Shown here piece after piece: positions 1 to 10,138 of a stretch of DNA of 64,000 nt (the first letter of the stretch is position 1; each line of letters opens with the position of its first letter). The position numbers were made by a program, and so were the translations under genes. Origin of the DNA: Minisyncoccota bacterium (GTDB lineage Bacteria; Patescibacteriota; Minisyncoccia; UBA6257); the NCBI GenBank assembly GCA_028695015.1, contig JAQVJR010000001.1, forward strand, positions 255,297 to 319,296, in the 5' to 3' direction. The notes under the pieces are model-generated. The model had not been told where the DNA came from. It searched no databases and was given only the letters and a program-made list of their open reading frames with translations.

Positions 1-357
1 AAAACAGAAGGTCTTTTACCAATTATAGAAACAAAATGGGCTAATTTAGAAGAAGAAAGAGGTAGTGGTTTGTCTAATGGTTCTTGTGATTTAGTTTTAA
101 TAGCTAATGTTCTTTTTCAAGTAGAAAATAAAGAAAAATTTCTTTTAGAAGCTAAAAGAGTTTTAAAACCAGAAAGTTATCTTGTAGTTATAGAATGGAA
201 TCCTGATAAACTGCCAGCACAAAAACAATTATTGCCTTTTTCAAAAGAAGATGCATTAAACCTAATTGAAAAATCAGGTTTTCAATTAGAAAGAGAATTG
301 TCTTTAGGTATTACTCATTACGGGTTTTTAGCAAAATTACCAAAAGCTAGGGCCTAA
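1..357 (+). CDS. SAM-dependent methyltransferase, C-terminal fragment (5' end outside the window)
   Basis: Frame stays open from nt 1 into the listed ORF 70..357. C-terminal class I methyltransferase-like motif (LVLIANVLFQVE...LKPESYLVVIEW). Confidence 0.45.
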   Translation, partial: KTEGLLPIIETKWANLEEERGSGLSNGSCDLVLIANVLFQVENKEKFLLEAKRVLKPESYLVVIEWNPDKLPAQKQLLPFSKEDALNLIEKSGFQLERELSLGITHYGFLAKLPKARA

Positions 358-369
358 AATATAAAAATC

Positions 370-1683
370 ATGTCTCTAACATCTCATCAAAAAAAAATTG
401 TTTTAATCACTTTTGTTGTTATTTTCTTGATTGCTTTTGTTAGTATTTTTTTTAGAAAAGTCCGCCCACAACCAATTACTTTAGAAATTTGGGGAATAAG
501 AGATGAACCTTTGGTTTTTGAACCTATAATTCAAGCTTACAATCAATCATATCCTCATGTTACTGTTAACTATACTTTAAAAGATGAGAAGACTTATCAT
601 GAAGATCTTTTAAGGGCTTTTGCAGATAATCAGGCGCCTGATATTTTAATGCTTCAAGATAATTGGTTGTCTGTTTATCAAGATAAAATCTATCCTTTAG
701 ACCTAAGTGCTGATAAACATTTTAATGTTTTTGATTTAAAGCAGGATTATTCACCAGTATCCCTGAGTGGGGTAATTGAGAATAATCATTTATTAGGTTT
801 GCCTTTTTATACTGATACCTTAGTTCTTTATTATAACCAGGATATTTTTAAGCATTATAATATAGTTTTACCACCAACTACTTGGGAAGAAATTCTTGAC
901 TTAATACCTATCTTGAGACAAGTAAATCCCCAAGGACGCATTAGCAGAGCAGCAATTGCCTTAGGCTTGGCTTCTAATGTTGAATGGGAAATAGATATTC
1001 TCTCAGCCTTAATGATGCAATATGGTAGTGAAATGGTTGATTTATCTGAAAAAAGGGTAATTTTTGATAGAGCTGTTGAAAAAGGAAATAAATCTATAGC
1101 CCCTGGAGAAGAAGCTATAAATTTTTATACTCAATTTGCAAATCCTTATTCTCGATATTATACCTGGAATGATAATATGGATAATTCAATAATTGCTTTT
1201 AGTCGAGGAGAAGCAGTGATGATGATAGGATATAACCAAGCAAAAAAAATAATAGAGAGGTATAGTCCTAATTTAAGTTATGGGGTTACTGCTTTACCTC
1301 AATTTATTGATGGTTCTTCTTCAAGGATTAATTATGGGCAAACAATGGTTTTATCAGTGCTCCAGTCCTCTCAGCACCAAAAAGCAAGTTGGGATTTTTT
1401 GAAATTTTTTAATCAAAAGAATATTGCTCAATCTTATTTTAATCAAACTAAAAATCCCCCTGCTCGGCTTGACTTGATTAATGAATCTCTTAATGATTTA
1501 GATAGTGGAGTTTTTATTAGGCAACTTTTAACAACTTATAATTGGTATCAATACAATTTTCAAGATATAAAAAAGATTTTTCAAGAAATGATTAACGGGG
1601 TTCTTTTAAAAGGTGAAGAACCAGCAAGGGCCATTGGAACAGCGCGAGACAATATTAATCTTTTTTGGAAACAAAGACAATGA
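370..1683 (+). CDS. ABC transporter substrate-binding protein (family 1, sugar type) with N-terminal membrane anchor
   Basis: 437 aa with an N-terminal TM helix. Overall resemblance to family-1 solute-binding proteins (ILMLQDNWL, YYNQDIF regions). Confidence 0.5.
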   Translation: MSLTSHQKKIVLITFVVIFLIAFVSIFFRKVRPQPITLEIWGIRDEPLVFEPIIQAYNQSYPHVTVNYTLKDEKTYHEDLLRAFADNQAPDILMLQDNWLSVYQDKIYPLDLSADKHFNVFDLKQDYSPVSLSGVIENNHLLGLPFYTDTLVLYYNQDIFKHYNIVLPPTTWEEILDLIPILRQVNPQGRISRAAIALGLASNVEWEIDILSALMMQYGSEMVDLSEKRVIFDRAVEKGNKSIAPGEEAINFYTQFANPYSRYYTWNDNMDNSIIAFSRGEAVMMIGYNQAKKIIERYSPNLSYGVTALPQFIDGSSSRINYGQTMVLSVLQSSQHQKASWDFLKFFNQKNIAQSYFNQTKNPPARLDLINESLNDLDSGVFIRQLLTTYNWYQYNFQDIKKIFQEMINGVLLKGEEPARAIGTARDNINLFWKQRQ

Positions 1684-1738
1684 TTAAATTAAAGAACAAG
1701 ATTTAATTAAATATAAAAAGGATTAAAATAAAAGAAAG

Positions 1739-2575
1739 ATGAAAAATACAAACAAAATAACTCAGAAATTAATTATCTTTTTCCTGATGATTAGTTTTTA
1801 TTGTTTTCCTTTCTTTATTCAAGCAGCTGGGCTAGTTCCTTGTGGAGGACCTTCAGAACCAGAGTGCAATATTTGTCATCTATTACAATTAGCTCAAAAT
1901 GTAGTGTATTTTGCCATAGAAATAGCTTTCTTAATCATTGTTATTTTAATAGTTTACGGAGGGTTTCTTTGGATTTTTTCAGCAGGCAAAGAAGAGAATA
2001 TCAGGACAGGGCAAAAAACAATTTATAATGCTATTATAGGGCTAATAATTATTTTAGCTGCTTGGGTAATTGTTAATACAATATTCTGGTTCCTTATTAA
2101 TTTTACTGGAGAACTTGATTCTGAATATTACACTGGCACTTGGTGGAAAATTGAATGCGAAGAAGTGAAGTCACAGTCCTCACAATCTCCTCAATCTCCA
2201 CAACCCCCGAGTTTTTCTTCCCCTGATCCTGACAGTAATCTTCCTCCCGCTCCTAGCCTTGAGGAGCAAATACAAAGCAGGAAAACTGAAATAGAGCAAA
2301 AGTATTGGGATGTAGCTAGTTATGGTAAATGGGCAGAGGAGTCAATCTATTGTTATGACTATATGGAAGCAGATTGCAAGCAGGCCTTTGGAACAGCTTA
2401 TTGTGAACCAAATTATTATTTAAAAGAAGGTTTTTGTTTTGCCTTGGATTCTACAACTGAGATTTTGCAATCAGAGAGTACAAAAACTGGTTGGACTTGT
2501 ACTTTTGAAAACACAGCAACAAAGCAGCCACAAGGCAAGGCTTTTGTTTATTGTATCCCTTCATATATTCATTAA
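1739..2575 (+). CDS. VirB2/TrbC-like (T4SS pilin-like) membrane protein with Ser/Pro-rich linker and Cys-rich C-terminal domain
   Basis: Signal/TM segment, then a PCGG..C..C motif. Double-TM pilin-like core (IVYGGFLWIFSAGKEENIRTGQKTIYNAIIGLIIILAAW) paralogous to the next two ORFs. Extra ~150 aa tail with an SQSPQSP linker and 8 Cys. Confidence 0.4.
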   Translation: MKNTNKITQKLIIFFLMISFYCFPFFIQAAGLVPCGGPSEPECNICHLLQLAQNVVYFAIEIAFLIIVILIVYGGFLWIFSAGKEENIRTGQKTIYNAIIGLIIILAAWVIVNTIFWFLINFTGELDSEYYTGTWWKIECEEVKSQSSQSPQSPQPPSFSSPDPDSNLPPAPSLEEQIQSRKTEIEQKYWDVASYGKWAEESIYCYDYMEADCKQAFGTAYCEPNYYLKEGFCFALDSTTEILQSESTKTGWTCTFENTATKQPQGKAFVYCIPSYIH

Positions 2576-2594
2576 TCTTAATTAACTTAATAAA

Positions 2595-2978
2595 ATGAAA
2601 AATCTTATTTTTATAATTAGTTTATTAACAATTTTCTTAATAGCTTTACCAGTGCTAGGGCAAGATCTTGTATTTAAAAATCCCTTTAAGGAAATTACAA
2701 CCATTACTAGTTTAATAGAAGCTATAATTAAATTCTTAAAGAGCTTGGCTATAATGGTAAGTGCAATACTCATTGTTTATGCAGGTTATTTATATATGAC
2801 TTCTGCTGGAAATCAGCAAAAGATAGAAACAGCTCAAAAGACTTTGATTTGGGCTTTAGTAGGGATTGGTGTAATTTTAATAGCAAGCGCAATAACTAAA
2901 GTAATTGAAAATGTTCTTGAAGTTGATTTAACAATAGGAAGCAATACAATAAGCGAAGTGAATAAGGTAGATAAATAA
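2595..2978 (+). CDS. VirB2/TrbC-like pilin-like small membrane protein
   Basis: Signal peptide plus two TM helices flanking a short charged loop (ILIVYAGYLYMTSAGNQQKIETAQKTLIWALVGIGVIL). Paralog of 1739 and 3096. Confidence 0.4.
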   Translation: MKNLIFIISLLTIFLIALPVLGQDLVFKNPFKEITTITSLIEAIIKFLKSLAIMVSAILIVYAGYLYMTSAGNQQKIETAQKTLIWALVGIGVILIASAITKVIENVLEVDLTIGSNTISEVNKVDK

Positions 2979-3095
2979 AAAAGATATCTAAAAATATATA
3001 ATGGCATTAGTAATAGGCATTATTTTTTATTGAGTATCTCTTTAAAATTTGTTATAATTTTTAAAGGTCGAATATAATTAATTTCAATAAACAAA

Positions 3096-3452
3096 ATGGA
3101 AAAATATATCGTACCAGTCTTGCTTTTAAGCTTTTTTATTGCTTTGCCTTGTTTTGGTCAACCAACAGTAACCGTGACTGTTCCTCCTGGAACAGCTGGA
3201 GGATTAACCGATATTTGGGCAATATTAACAAAAGTTTTAAACACCTTTTTTAATGTTGTGCTTTTTCTAGCAGCGATTATGATAATTTTTGCAGGTTGGC
3301 AATACATAACAGCAGCTGGAGATCCAGAAAAAGCCAAGAAGGCATTAAATTCTTTGGTTTATGCTTTGATAGGAGTGGGAATAGCTTTATTGGCTAAGGT
3401 ATTAATTTACCTAGTAGCTAATTTCTTAGGTGTAAGTATTACAGGTTTCTAA
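3096..3452 (+). CDS. VirB2/TrbC-like pilin-like small membrane protein
   Basis: Same architecture (IIFAGWQYITAAGDPEKAKKALNSLVYALIGVGIALLA). Third tandem paralog. Confidence 0.4.
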   Translation: MEKYIVPVLLLSFFIALPCFGQPTVTVTVPPGTAGGLTDIWAILTKVLNTFFNVVLFLAAIMIIFAGWQYITAAGDPEKAKKALNSLVYALIGVGIALLAKVLIYLVANFLGVSITGF

Positions 3453-3482
3453 GAAGTAAAAAAAAGATTAAATTACAAATTA

Positions 3483-3509
3483 AAAACTCCGTTTTAAACG
3501 GAGTTTTTA
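3483..3509. terminator. Bidirectional intrinsic terminator (perfect inverted repeat)
   Basis: AAAAACTCCGTTT/TAAACGGAGTTTTT palindrome flanked by A and T runs. Lies between the convergent pilin-like gene and tRNA-Leu. Confidence 0.7.
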
Positions 3510-3517
3510 ATTAATAG

Positions 3518-3603
3518 GGTGCCGCGGGGGAGATTTGAACTCCCACAGGGAAAACCCTAATAGGTTCTAAACCTATTGCGTCTGCCAGTTCCGCCACCGC
3601 GGC
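3518..3603 (-). tRNA. tRNA-Leu(UAG), no encoded CCA
   Basis: Reverse complement folds as GCCGCGG acceptor, anticodon loop TTTAGAA, long variable arm, T-arm GGGAGTTCAAATCTCCC. Confidence 0.8.
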
Positions 3604-3605
3604 TT

Positions 3606-4001
3606 TTATTCCTCTTCTATTTTTAAAGTTTTCTTTTTGGTTTTAATTAATTTTGGCAAATAGATACTAAGCAAACCATTTTTGATAGAGGCCTTAGCTT
3701 TATCAGCATTTATTTCTTGGGGCAAGATTAAGGAACGGGAAAAAGGGCCCCAAAAACACTCATTGTAATAAAATTTATCAATCTTATCTTTTCCTTCTCG
3801 GCTTCTTTCTCCTCTGATAGTAATCATGTCATTGGTGATAGAAATATCTATTTCATTTATATTCACACCGCCAATAGCCGCTTGAAGAATGAGCTCGTCT
3901 TTAGTTTCACAAAGGTCAATTGCTAATTCGCCTTCTTCTTCTGAAGCTGGCCAAGCAGTTTCTTCTTTGTTAATTTTCTTTGAAATGGTTTTTTCTGCCA
4001 T
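3606..4001 (-). CDS. Hsp20/alpha-crystallin family small heat-shock protein
   Basis: 131 aa. ACD-like core (ITIRGER...FSRSLILP...NGLLSIYLPK). Confidence 0.75.
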   Translation of the reverse strand: MAEKTISKKINKEETAWPASEEEGELAIDLCETKDELILQAAIGGVNINEIDISITNDMITIRGERSREGKDKIDKFYYNECFWGPFSRSLILPQEINADKAKASIKNGLLSIYLPKLIKTKKKTLKIEEE

Positions 4002-4005
4002 AGTA

Positions 4006-4746
4006 TTAAATTATTAATTTATTTTTTGGATTAATGGGTTTTTGAATCTGTTTCAGGATGTCAAATGCCCAAAGAAGGAAAATACAAGTAAAGAATAGGA
4101 CAAGGCTGATTATAAAAATAGCATCACTACCTAGTTTTATAATAGCAATATTAAAGAGCCAATGCAATGAAATACCTAAGAATAGCCCTATGCTTAAATA
4201 TCTTTTTTTATCAGTGACTAAACTTAATGCCCAGAAAAAACCAATAGTTCCTGAGCTTATGGCATGAAGTAAATTAGCGCCAACAAAACGTAAACTTATT
4301 AACTGAAGAGTTGGTAAAAAACTTGCTCCAAGCATTATTTCTTGAAAAGCAACTAATATATTCTCTACTGCCCCAAATCCTAGAGCCAAAACAATTAAAT
4401 AGATCATTGCATCTATTGCTTCATCAAAATACTTGTTTTTTTTCAAAGCTATAGTTGTGGTAAAGAACTTTGCTAATTCTTCTATTATTGCAATGATTAA
4501 ACAAGCAAGAATAGCAACTGGAAAGGACAAAGAGCCTAGAGTATTAATTTTAAATAGTTTTAGTAAATAATTTTCAATAATTCCAACAAAGGGGGTAATT
4601 ATAGCTCCTAATAGAAATAGAATTAAAAGCCATTTTAAAGGCTCTGGTTTATTGATATCTTGCCATAGAAAAAATATTAACCAGAGAATAATAGGCAAGA
4701 GTCCAATAAAGCTTGCTAAAATAAAAGTCAAAATCATTGAGGCCAT
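4006..4746 (-). CDS. PrsW-family intramembrane protease (putative)
   Basis: Polytopic membrane protein with EELAKF, FGAVEN, HAISSG and HWLFN motifs resembling PrsW signatures. Confidence 0.5.
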   Translation of the reverse strand: MASMILTFILASFIGLLPIILWLIFFLWQDINKPEPLKWLLILFLLGAIITPFVGIIENYLLKLFKINTLGSLSFPVAILACLIIAIIEELAKFFTTTIALKKNKYFDEAIDAMIYLIVLALGFGAVENILVAFQEIMLGASFLPTLQLISLRFVGANLLHAISSGTIGFFWALSLVTDKKRYLSIGLFLGISLHWLFNIAIIKLGSDAIFIISLVLFFTCIFLLWAFDILKQIQKPINPKNKLII

Positions 4747-6902
4747 TGAGTAATTATTAAGAGATTGTCTTTTTTGTTTTCATAATGAGGTAGTTTTTGC
4801 CAAATAGCTTCAGTAACAAATGGCATGAATGGATGTAGCATTTTTAAGCAATCTTTCAGAATTATATCAAGGATATATTGAGCTTGTTTTTTATCTTGAT
4901 TATCTTTAATCCTGTTTTTCATTTCCTCAATTATTTTATCAGCAAAAGTGTGCCAAAAATAATGATAAAGGGCTTCTCCAGCTAAAGAGAATTTAAAGTT
5001 TTCTAAGTTTTTTGTTATCTTTTGTTTTGTTTTCTTAAAGGCAATTAATGTCTTTTTATCTTTTACATTAAGTGTTGGTTTTTTACCATCATAATCATTT
5101 AAATTACTAATAACAAAACGAGAGGCATTCCATATTTTATTAGCAAAATTACGATAACCTTTGATTTTTTCTTCTGAAATAACAATATCATTACCAGCAG
5201 TATTACCTATAATTAAAGCCATTCTTAAAGCATCAGCTCCATAAACATCAATTACAGCTAAGGGGTCAATAACATTACCTTTTGATTTTGACATTTTTTG
5301 TCTATCTTTATCTCTGACCAAACCATGAAGATAAACATATTTAAATGGAATTTTCCCAGTATAGTAAATACCTAGGATAATCATCCTAGCAACCCAGAAA
5401 AATAAAATATCCCAACCAGTTTCCATTATGTCAGTAGGATAAAAGGTTTTAAAGTCTTTTGATTTTAACCCTTGGTTGCCAAAAAGAGTAGCATAGGGCC
5501 ATTGACCTGAAGAGAACCAAGTGTCTAAAACATCAGTATCTTTTTTTATATTCTTGCTTTGACAATAAAGGCATTTCTTAGGGATTTTATCTATTTGTAT
5601 AAAAGATTCTTTGCAATCTTCGCAATGAAAGGCAGGAATAGGAATCCCCCAACGGATTTGACGGGAAATATTCCAGTCTTTAATATTATTCATCCAATGG
5701 AAAAATACCTTTTCAAAGCGAGGGGGAATTATTTTTATCTCTCCTTTTTTTACAGCATTAATAGCTAAATCGTTTAAAGACTTATTTTTCTTTGGCAAGG
5801 GTTTAGTCATTGCTATAAACCATTGATCCATAATCATTGGCTCTATTCTGGAATTACATTTATAACAATGTCCTACTTGATGAACATGCTCTTCTTTTTT
5901 AACTAAAGAGTCACTAGCTTGTAAAATTGTTATTGATTTTTCTCTGGCTTGAGAAACATTAAGTCCAGCTAAAGGCCCAGCTAATTCATTAAAATAGCCG
6001 TTAAAATCCAAAGTCTCTCTTGTTTCTAAATGATGTCTTTGTCCAATTTCAAAATCTAAAGAATCATGGGCTGGAGTAATTTTTAAAGCCCCAGTACCAA
6101 AATCAATTTCAACATCCTTATCAGCAATTATAGGAATTTCTCTTTTAGTGATTGGTTCGATAACAACTTTATTAATTAATTTTTTATATCTATTATCCTT
6201 AGGATTAACGGCTATAGCTGTGTCTCCAGGAATAGTTTCTGGTCTGGTAGTAGCCACAGTAATCCATTTGTTTCTTTCTTCTTTTAATTTGTATCTTACA
6301 AAATAGAGAAAATCTTTTTGTTCTTGATATTTAACTTCTAATTCAGAAAAAGCGGTTTTATGCTTAGGGCAATAATTGACAATTCTTTTACCTCGATAGA
6401 GTAATCCGTCTTTCCACAATTTCTCTAAGGTTTGATAAACAGTTTTTTGAATATCCTCATCAAGAGTAAATTTTTCCCGAGACCAATCACAAGAAGCTCC
6501 TAAGAGCTTTAATTGATATCTGACAATTTTTTTGTTTTTTTGCGTATATTGCCAAACTGCTTTATAAAACTCATCTCGATTCATCTCTAAGCCAGATTTC
6601 CCTTGCTTTTCTAATTCTTTTTCAAAAACTACTTGGGTTTCAAATCCAGCATGATCAGTGCCTGGAAGCCAAAGAGTTCTTTTGCCTCTCATTCTTTGAA
6701 AACGAATCATCAAATCTTGCAAAGTAACAAAAACACCATGGCCAATATGTAATGGTGCATTAGCGTTTGGCGGAGGCATAATAATGCAAAAAGGTTTGCT
6801 TTTTTTATCAAAAGGTAATTTATCAGGATTAAAAAAGCCTGATTTTTCCCAAAGCTGGTAGATATTCTTTTCTGTTTTTTGATGTTCGTAAACCTTATCC
6901 AC
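4734..6902 (-). CDS. valS: Valine--tRNA ligase (short form)
   Basis: PPPNANAPLHIGHG (HIGH) and KMSKSKGN motifs. 722 aa, lacking the long C-terminal coiled coil. Confidence 0.85.
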   Translation of the reverse strand: MDKVYEHQKTEKNIYQLWEKSGFFNPDKLPFDKKSKPFCIIMPPPNANAPLHIGHGVFVTLQDLMIRFQRMRGKRTLWLPGTDHAGFETQVVFEKELEKQGKSGLEMNRDEFYKAVWQYTQKNKKIVRYQLKLLGASCDWSREKFTLDEDIQKTVYQTLEKLWKDGLLYRGKRIVNYCPKHKTAFSELEVKYQEQKDFLYFVRYKLKEERNKWITVATTRPETIPGDTAIAVNPKDNRYKKLINKVVIEPITKREIPIIADKDVEIDFGTGALKITPAHDSLDFEIGQRHHLETRETLDFNGYFNELAGPLAGLNVSQAREKSITILQASDSLVKKEEHVHQVGHCYKCNSRIEPMIMDQWFIAMTKPLPKKNKSLNDLAINAVKKGEIKIIPPRFEKVFFHWMNNIKDWNISRQIRWGIPIPAFHCEDCKESFIQIDKIPKKCLYCQSKNIKKDTDVLDTWFSSGQWPYATLFGNQGLKSKDFKTFYPTDIMETGWDILFFWVARMIILGIYYTGKIPFKYVYLHGLVRDKDRQKMSKSKGNVIDPLAVIDVYGADALRMALIIGNTAGNDIVISEEKIKGYRNFANKIWNASRFVISNLNDYDGKKPTLNVKDKKTLIAFKKTKQKITKNLENFKFSLAGEALYHYFWHTFADKIIEEMKNRIKDNQDKKQAQYILDIILKDCLKMLHPFMPFVTEAIWQKLPHYENKKDNLLIITQWPQ

Positions 6903-6930
6903 GGTTTCAGAATTATTTTTATAAATTAAC

Positions 6931-8034
6931 CTATAATCTTAAATTAGCCATTGCTTCAATTTTTTTCCAATCCCAAGTTTTTTTTGGGCCATAAACATAT
7001 TGGAAAAAGCTGGCAAGTGCTACCATTATAGCATTATCAGTAGTGTATTCCAATAAAGGAGTTAGGAATTTAATATCTAAATTTTTCTCTTTTAATTTGT
7101 TTTCAAATTTTTGTCTTAATCTTAAATTAGCTGAAACTCCTCCAGCTAAAATAATGGATTTTGTTTTAAATTCTTGAGCAGCTTTAAGAGTTTTCTCTAC
7201 TAAAACATCAGTAATAGCTTCTTGAAGTTCAAAAGCAAGCATTGAGGCTAATTTCTTTTTTTTATTTGAAAAATTAATCTCTTGAGCTAAATAAAGAAGA
7301 GCGGTTTTTAATCCAGAAAAAGAAAAATCATAATCTTTGGTATGCATCATTGGCCTAGGTAGGGAAATATCTTGTAGTTCTGATATTTTTTCAATTACTT
7401 TAACTTGTTCTGCTATTTTAGCTATATTTGGTCCGCCAGGGTATTCTAAACCCAAAATACGAGCTCCTTTATCAAAACATTCACCAGCAGCATCATCTCG
7501 GGTTTCACCAATGATTTTATAATTACCGAATTTTTTAATATGGACTAATTGAGTATGGCCACCAGAAACTAAAAGACAAATAGCAGGGAATATATTCTCA
7601 TAATCATTAATTGAAAGTTTATGGCTTTTATTATTTTCTGGTAATAAAAAACTAAATAAATGTCCTTCTAAATGATTAACACCCATAATAGGTTTTTCCC
7701 AAGCCCAAGCTAATGTTTTAGCAAAATTAACACCAATTAATAAAGAAAGAATTAAGCCTGGTCCTTTAGTAACAGCAATAAGATCAATTTTAGAAAATTC
7801 TTTTTTAGAACCAAAGGCTTGTTGTAAAGATTTTTTTAAAACAAAAGGAATATTTTTTGCATGTTCTCTACTAGCTAGCATTGGGACAACGCCTCCGTAT
7901 TCTTTGTGGATTTTAATTTGACTAGAAATAACATTACTTAGGGGCTTAATAAAAAAACCGGCCTTGGTTTTTTTAGCTTCTAAAATACCAATAGCCGTTT
8001 CATCACAAGAAGTTTCTATTCCTAAAATTATCAT
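6931..8034 (-). CDS. tsaD: tRNA N6-adenosine threonylcarbamoyltransferase TsaD
   Basis: MIILGIETSCDETAIGI N-terminus, Kae1/Gcp family. Confidence 0.85.
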   Translation of the reverse strand: MIILGIETSCDETAIGILEAKKTKAGFFIKPLSNVISSQIKIHKEYGGVVPMLASREHAKNIPFVLKKSLQQAFGSKKEFSKIDLIAVTKGPGLILSLLIGVNFAKTLAWAWEKPIMGVNHLEGHLFSFLLPENNKSHKLSINDYENIFPAICLLVSGGHTQLVHIKKFGNYKIIGETRDDAAGECFDKGARILGLEYPGGPNIAKIAEQVKVIEKISELQDISLPRPMMHTKDYDFSFSGLKTALLYLAQEINFSNKKKKLASMLAFELQEAITDVLVEKTLKAAQEFKTKSIILAGGVSANLRLRQKFENKLKEKNLDIKFLTPLLEYTTDNAIMVALASFFQYVYGPKKTWDWKKIEAMANLRL

Positions 8035-8058
8035 AATAAAATGATTGGCAGTAAGAGG

Positions 8059-8133
8059 TGGCGCTAATGGGATTCGAACCCATGTTCCGGGATTGAAGGC
8101 CCCGTGTCCTAGGCCAGACTAGACGATAGCGCC
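8059..8133 (-). tRNA. tRNA-Glu(UUC)
   Basis: Reverse complement: acceptor GGCGCTA/TAGCGCC, anticodon loop CCTTCAA, T-arm ATGGGTTCGAATCCCAT. CC but no full CCA. Confidence 0.8.
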
Positions 8134-8162
8134 AAAGCTTAATAATAATAACAGATAAAGAA

Positions 8163-8888
8163 TTATTTAACAAGAACCATCTTTACAGCAACTCGCTTTG
8201 AGGCTACACCCACAGGCCAGCAACTTTGAAGAACGAGAATTGTTTCCTCATTGCTTGGTGGAAAGATTGTTTCTGTGGTCTCTGAGCCTTTAGGCCAGGG
8301 GATAAAAATTTTCTTATCGACAAATTCAAAAACTAAAGGTTGTTGTTCCCAGAAAATATAGATTTGGTCACCAGTATCTAATTCATTTAATAAAGAAAAA
8401 ACTGATTTATAATTACCTTTTTCCCATGGATACTGGGAGCTATGACCAATAATAATAGAATAGCCTTGGCTAGGATTAGTAGATCCTGGATAAAGCACCA
8501 CTCCTTTTTTAAGTTCTTTGTAAATTAAATCCAAATCAGGAGTTTTTACAGTAATGATTGGGGCTTTAATATTGAATTTTGGTAATTCAATAATATTTAC
8601 TTCATTTGCCTCTTCAGGAATAGAAGGCAAAACAATATTCTCTATTTCAGTTGGAGAAAAAGAAGGAAAAAGAAAATTATCCATAGAAGGAACTAATCTA
8701 TTTTCTTCAACAACAGGGATCTTAGTTAAGAATTTTGGAGTACGAAATAATTCACTTTGGAAAAGATGAGTTGTTTCTTGGAATTTATAATTAAGCCAGG
8801 CAGGAAAAGCACTACCATTAAATACAAAAAAAAGACTAACAAAAAGGAATAAAAAAACCAATAATGAAATTTTTATATCAGTAGTCAT
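8163..8888 (-). CDS. Sortase family transpeptidase
   Basis: N-terminal TM. LPKFNIKAPII, GVVLYPGSTNPSQGYSIIIGHSS (His), VLQSCWP (TLxTC-like Cys) and a downstream Arg. Confidence 0.6.
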   Translation of the reverse strand: MTTDIKISLLVFLFLFVSLFFVFNGSAFPAWLNYKFQETTHLFQSELFRTPKFLTKIPVVEENRLVPSMDNFLFPSFSPTEIENIVLPSIPEEANEVNIIELPKFNIKAPIITVKTPDLDLIYKELKKGVVLYPGSTNPSQGYSIIIGHSSQYPWEKGNYKSVFSLLNELDTGDQIYIFWEQQPLVFEFVDKKIFIPWPKGSETTETIFPPSNEETILVLQSCWPVGVASKRVAVKMVLVK

Positions 8889-8890
8889 TT

Positions 8891-9958
8891 TTAATAAATC
8901 ATTAAGCTCCCAATAATGCTTTCTAATTGAAAAGTGAAAAATGAAATTCCTAAAATAATAACAATTAAGCTTCTAAGAACTAATTCAGAAATACCAATAT
9001 CAATAGATTGTCTTTGCAAGACAATACCAAATAACATTATTAAACCAAAAGAGATTATGAAAACAGCGATAATTCTATTAATAATATCTATTTGGTTTCT
9101 AGTATTGTTGTTTATTTTATTTAAAATATTTTGTTGTTCTAATAATACTGTTGCCACTGGTATTTCTGGCTCAAGTTGAACAGGGCTTTCTTCTTGAGTA
9201 GTTCCTACAGGAATAGTTGGCTTGCTTGATGTAATCTCGGTTATTTCAGGGGCTGGTTGTTCTTGTTCAGCTAAAACTTCACTAGGAGCTTGCTCAGAAG
9301 GTTTTTCTATGTGTTGTTCTGGAGGAATCACAGTTTCTTTTTCTGGGATTGTTTCTGGTTCTTGTGCTAAAGCTATTGGCGTTGAGGGTTGGTGTTTTTT
9401 AGTGCCAAATAATTGAACCACTAAGATTCTATTAATCCCTTCTTTATTAAAATCACCAGAGATAACAGCAATACCCATTTCCTGATAGTTTTTATTTAAA
9501 AGATTATCTCGATGGCTAGGAGAATTAAACCAACCTTTTATAACTTCTTCACTATCTAAGAAATTCATTGCTAAATTCTCTCCTGCATAATAATAATCAT
9601 ATCCAGCTTTGTCTATCCAAAACCAAGGGGAAATTCCTGCAGGACTAAAATGACTAAAATAAGAATGTTGCAACATATCTTCTGCTTTGTATTTCGCAGC
9701 TTGATTTAATAAAGAATTTTCTAAAACTGGCGCTAAACCACTTTGTTTTCTAATGTCATTGGTTAATTGGAAAATTTCCTGAGCGCTTACATCAGCAAAA
9801 AGAGAAGATTGTTTTACTAAAATAAGGTTAAAACTAAAGATAACCTTGACTAATAAAAATAAAAGAATAAATATGGAAATAGCCCGATCACTTAAAATAC
9901 CGGGGTGAAAACCATTTTCTTTTGTAGGCCAAAACCAATTTTTTATTCGTTTAAACAT
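8891..9958 (-). CDS. CAP (SCP/PR1-like) domain protein with N- and C-terminal membrane segments and Pro/Glu-rich linker
   Basis: YFSHFSP...YYYAGENLA...HRDNLL...YQEMGIAV motifs typical of CAP/YkwD domains. Confidence 0.55.
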   Translation of the reverse strand: MFKRIKNWFWPTKENGFHPGILSDRAISIFILLFLLVKVIFSFNLILVKQSSLFADVSAQEIFQLTNDIRKQSGLAPVLENSLLNQAAKYKAEDMLQHSYFSHFSPAGISPWFWIDKAGYDYYYAGENLAMNFLDSEEVIKGWFNSPSHRDNLLNKNYQEMGIAVISGDFNKEGINRILVVQLFGTKKHQPSTPIALAQEPETIPEKETVIPPEQHIEKPSEQAPSEVLAEQEQPAPEITEITSSKPTIPVGTTQEESPVQLEPEIPVATVLLEQQNILNKINNNTRNQIDIINRIIAVFIISFGLIMLFGIVLQRQSIDIGISELVLRSLIVIILGISFFTFQLESIIGSLMIY

Positions 9959-10103
9959 TTTTCTAAAATTGATATTTTACTCTTTTTAATTATATAGAAT
10001 AAATTGATTAATTCAAAGAAAGATTAATCCCTGAACCGATATATTTTAAATTATACCATATTTTACCAAGACTGGCAATAGTAAGTTAATAAGTATTTAA
10101 ATG

Positions 10104-10132
10104 AAAAACCCGTTCATTTATTGAACGGGTTT
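10104..10132 (-). terminator. Intrinsic terminator for the 10139..10483 gene
   Basis: AACCCGTTCA-TTTAT-TGAACGGGTT hairpin. On the minus strand it is followed by a T-run. Confidence 0.6.
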
Positions 10133-10138
10133 AAGTTG

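Noticed and set aside
1801-2028. 75-aa ORF in an alternative frame inside the first pilin-like gene
   Set aside because: It fully overlaps a better-supported ORF and has biased low-complexity content typical of out-of-frame translation.
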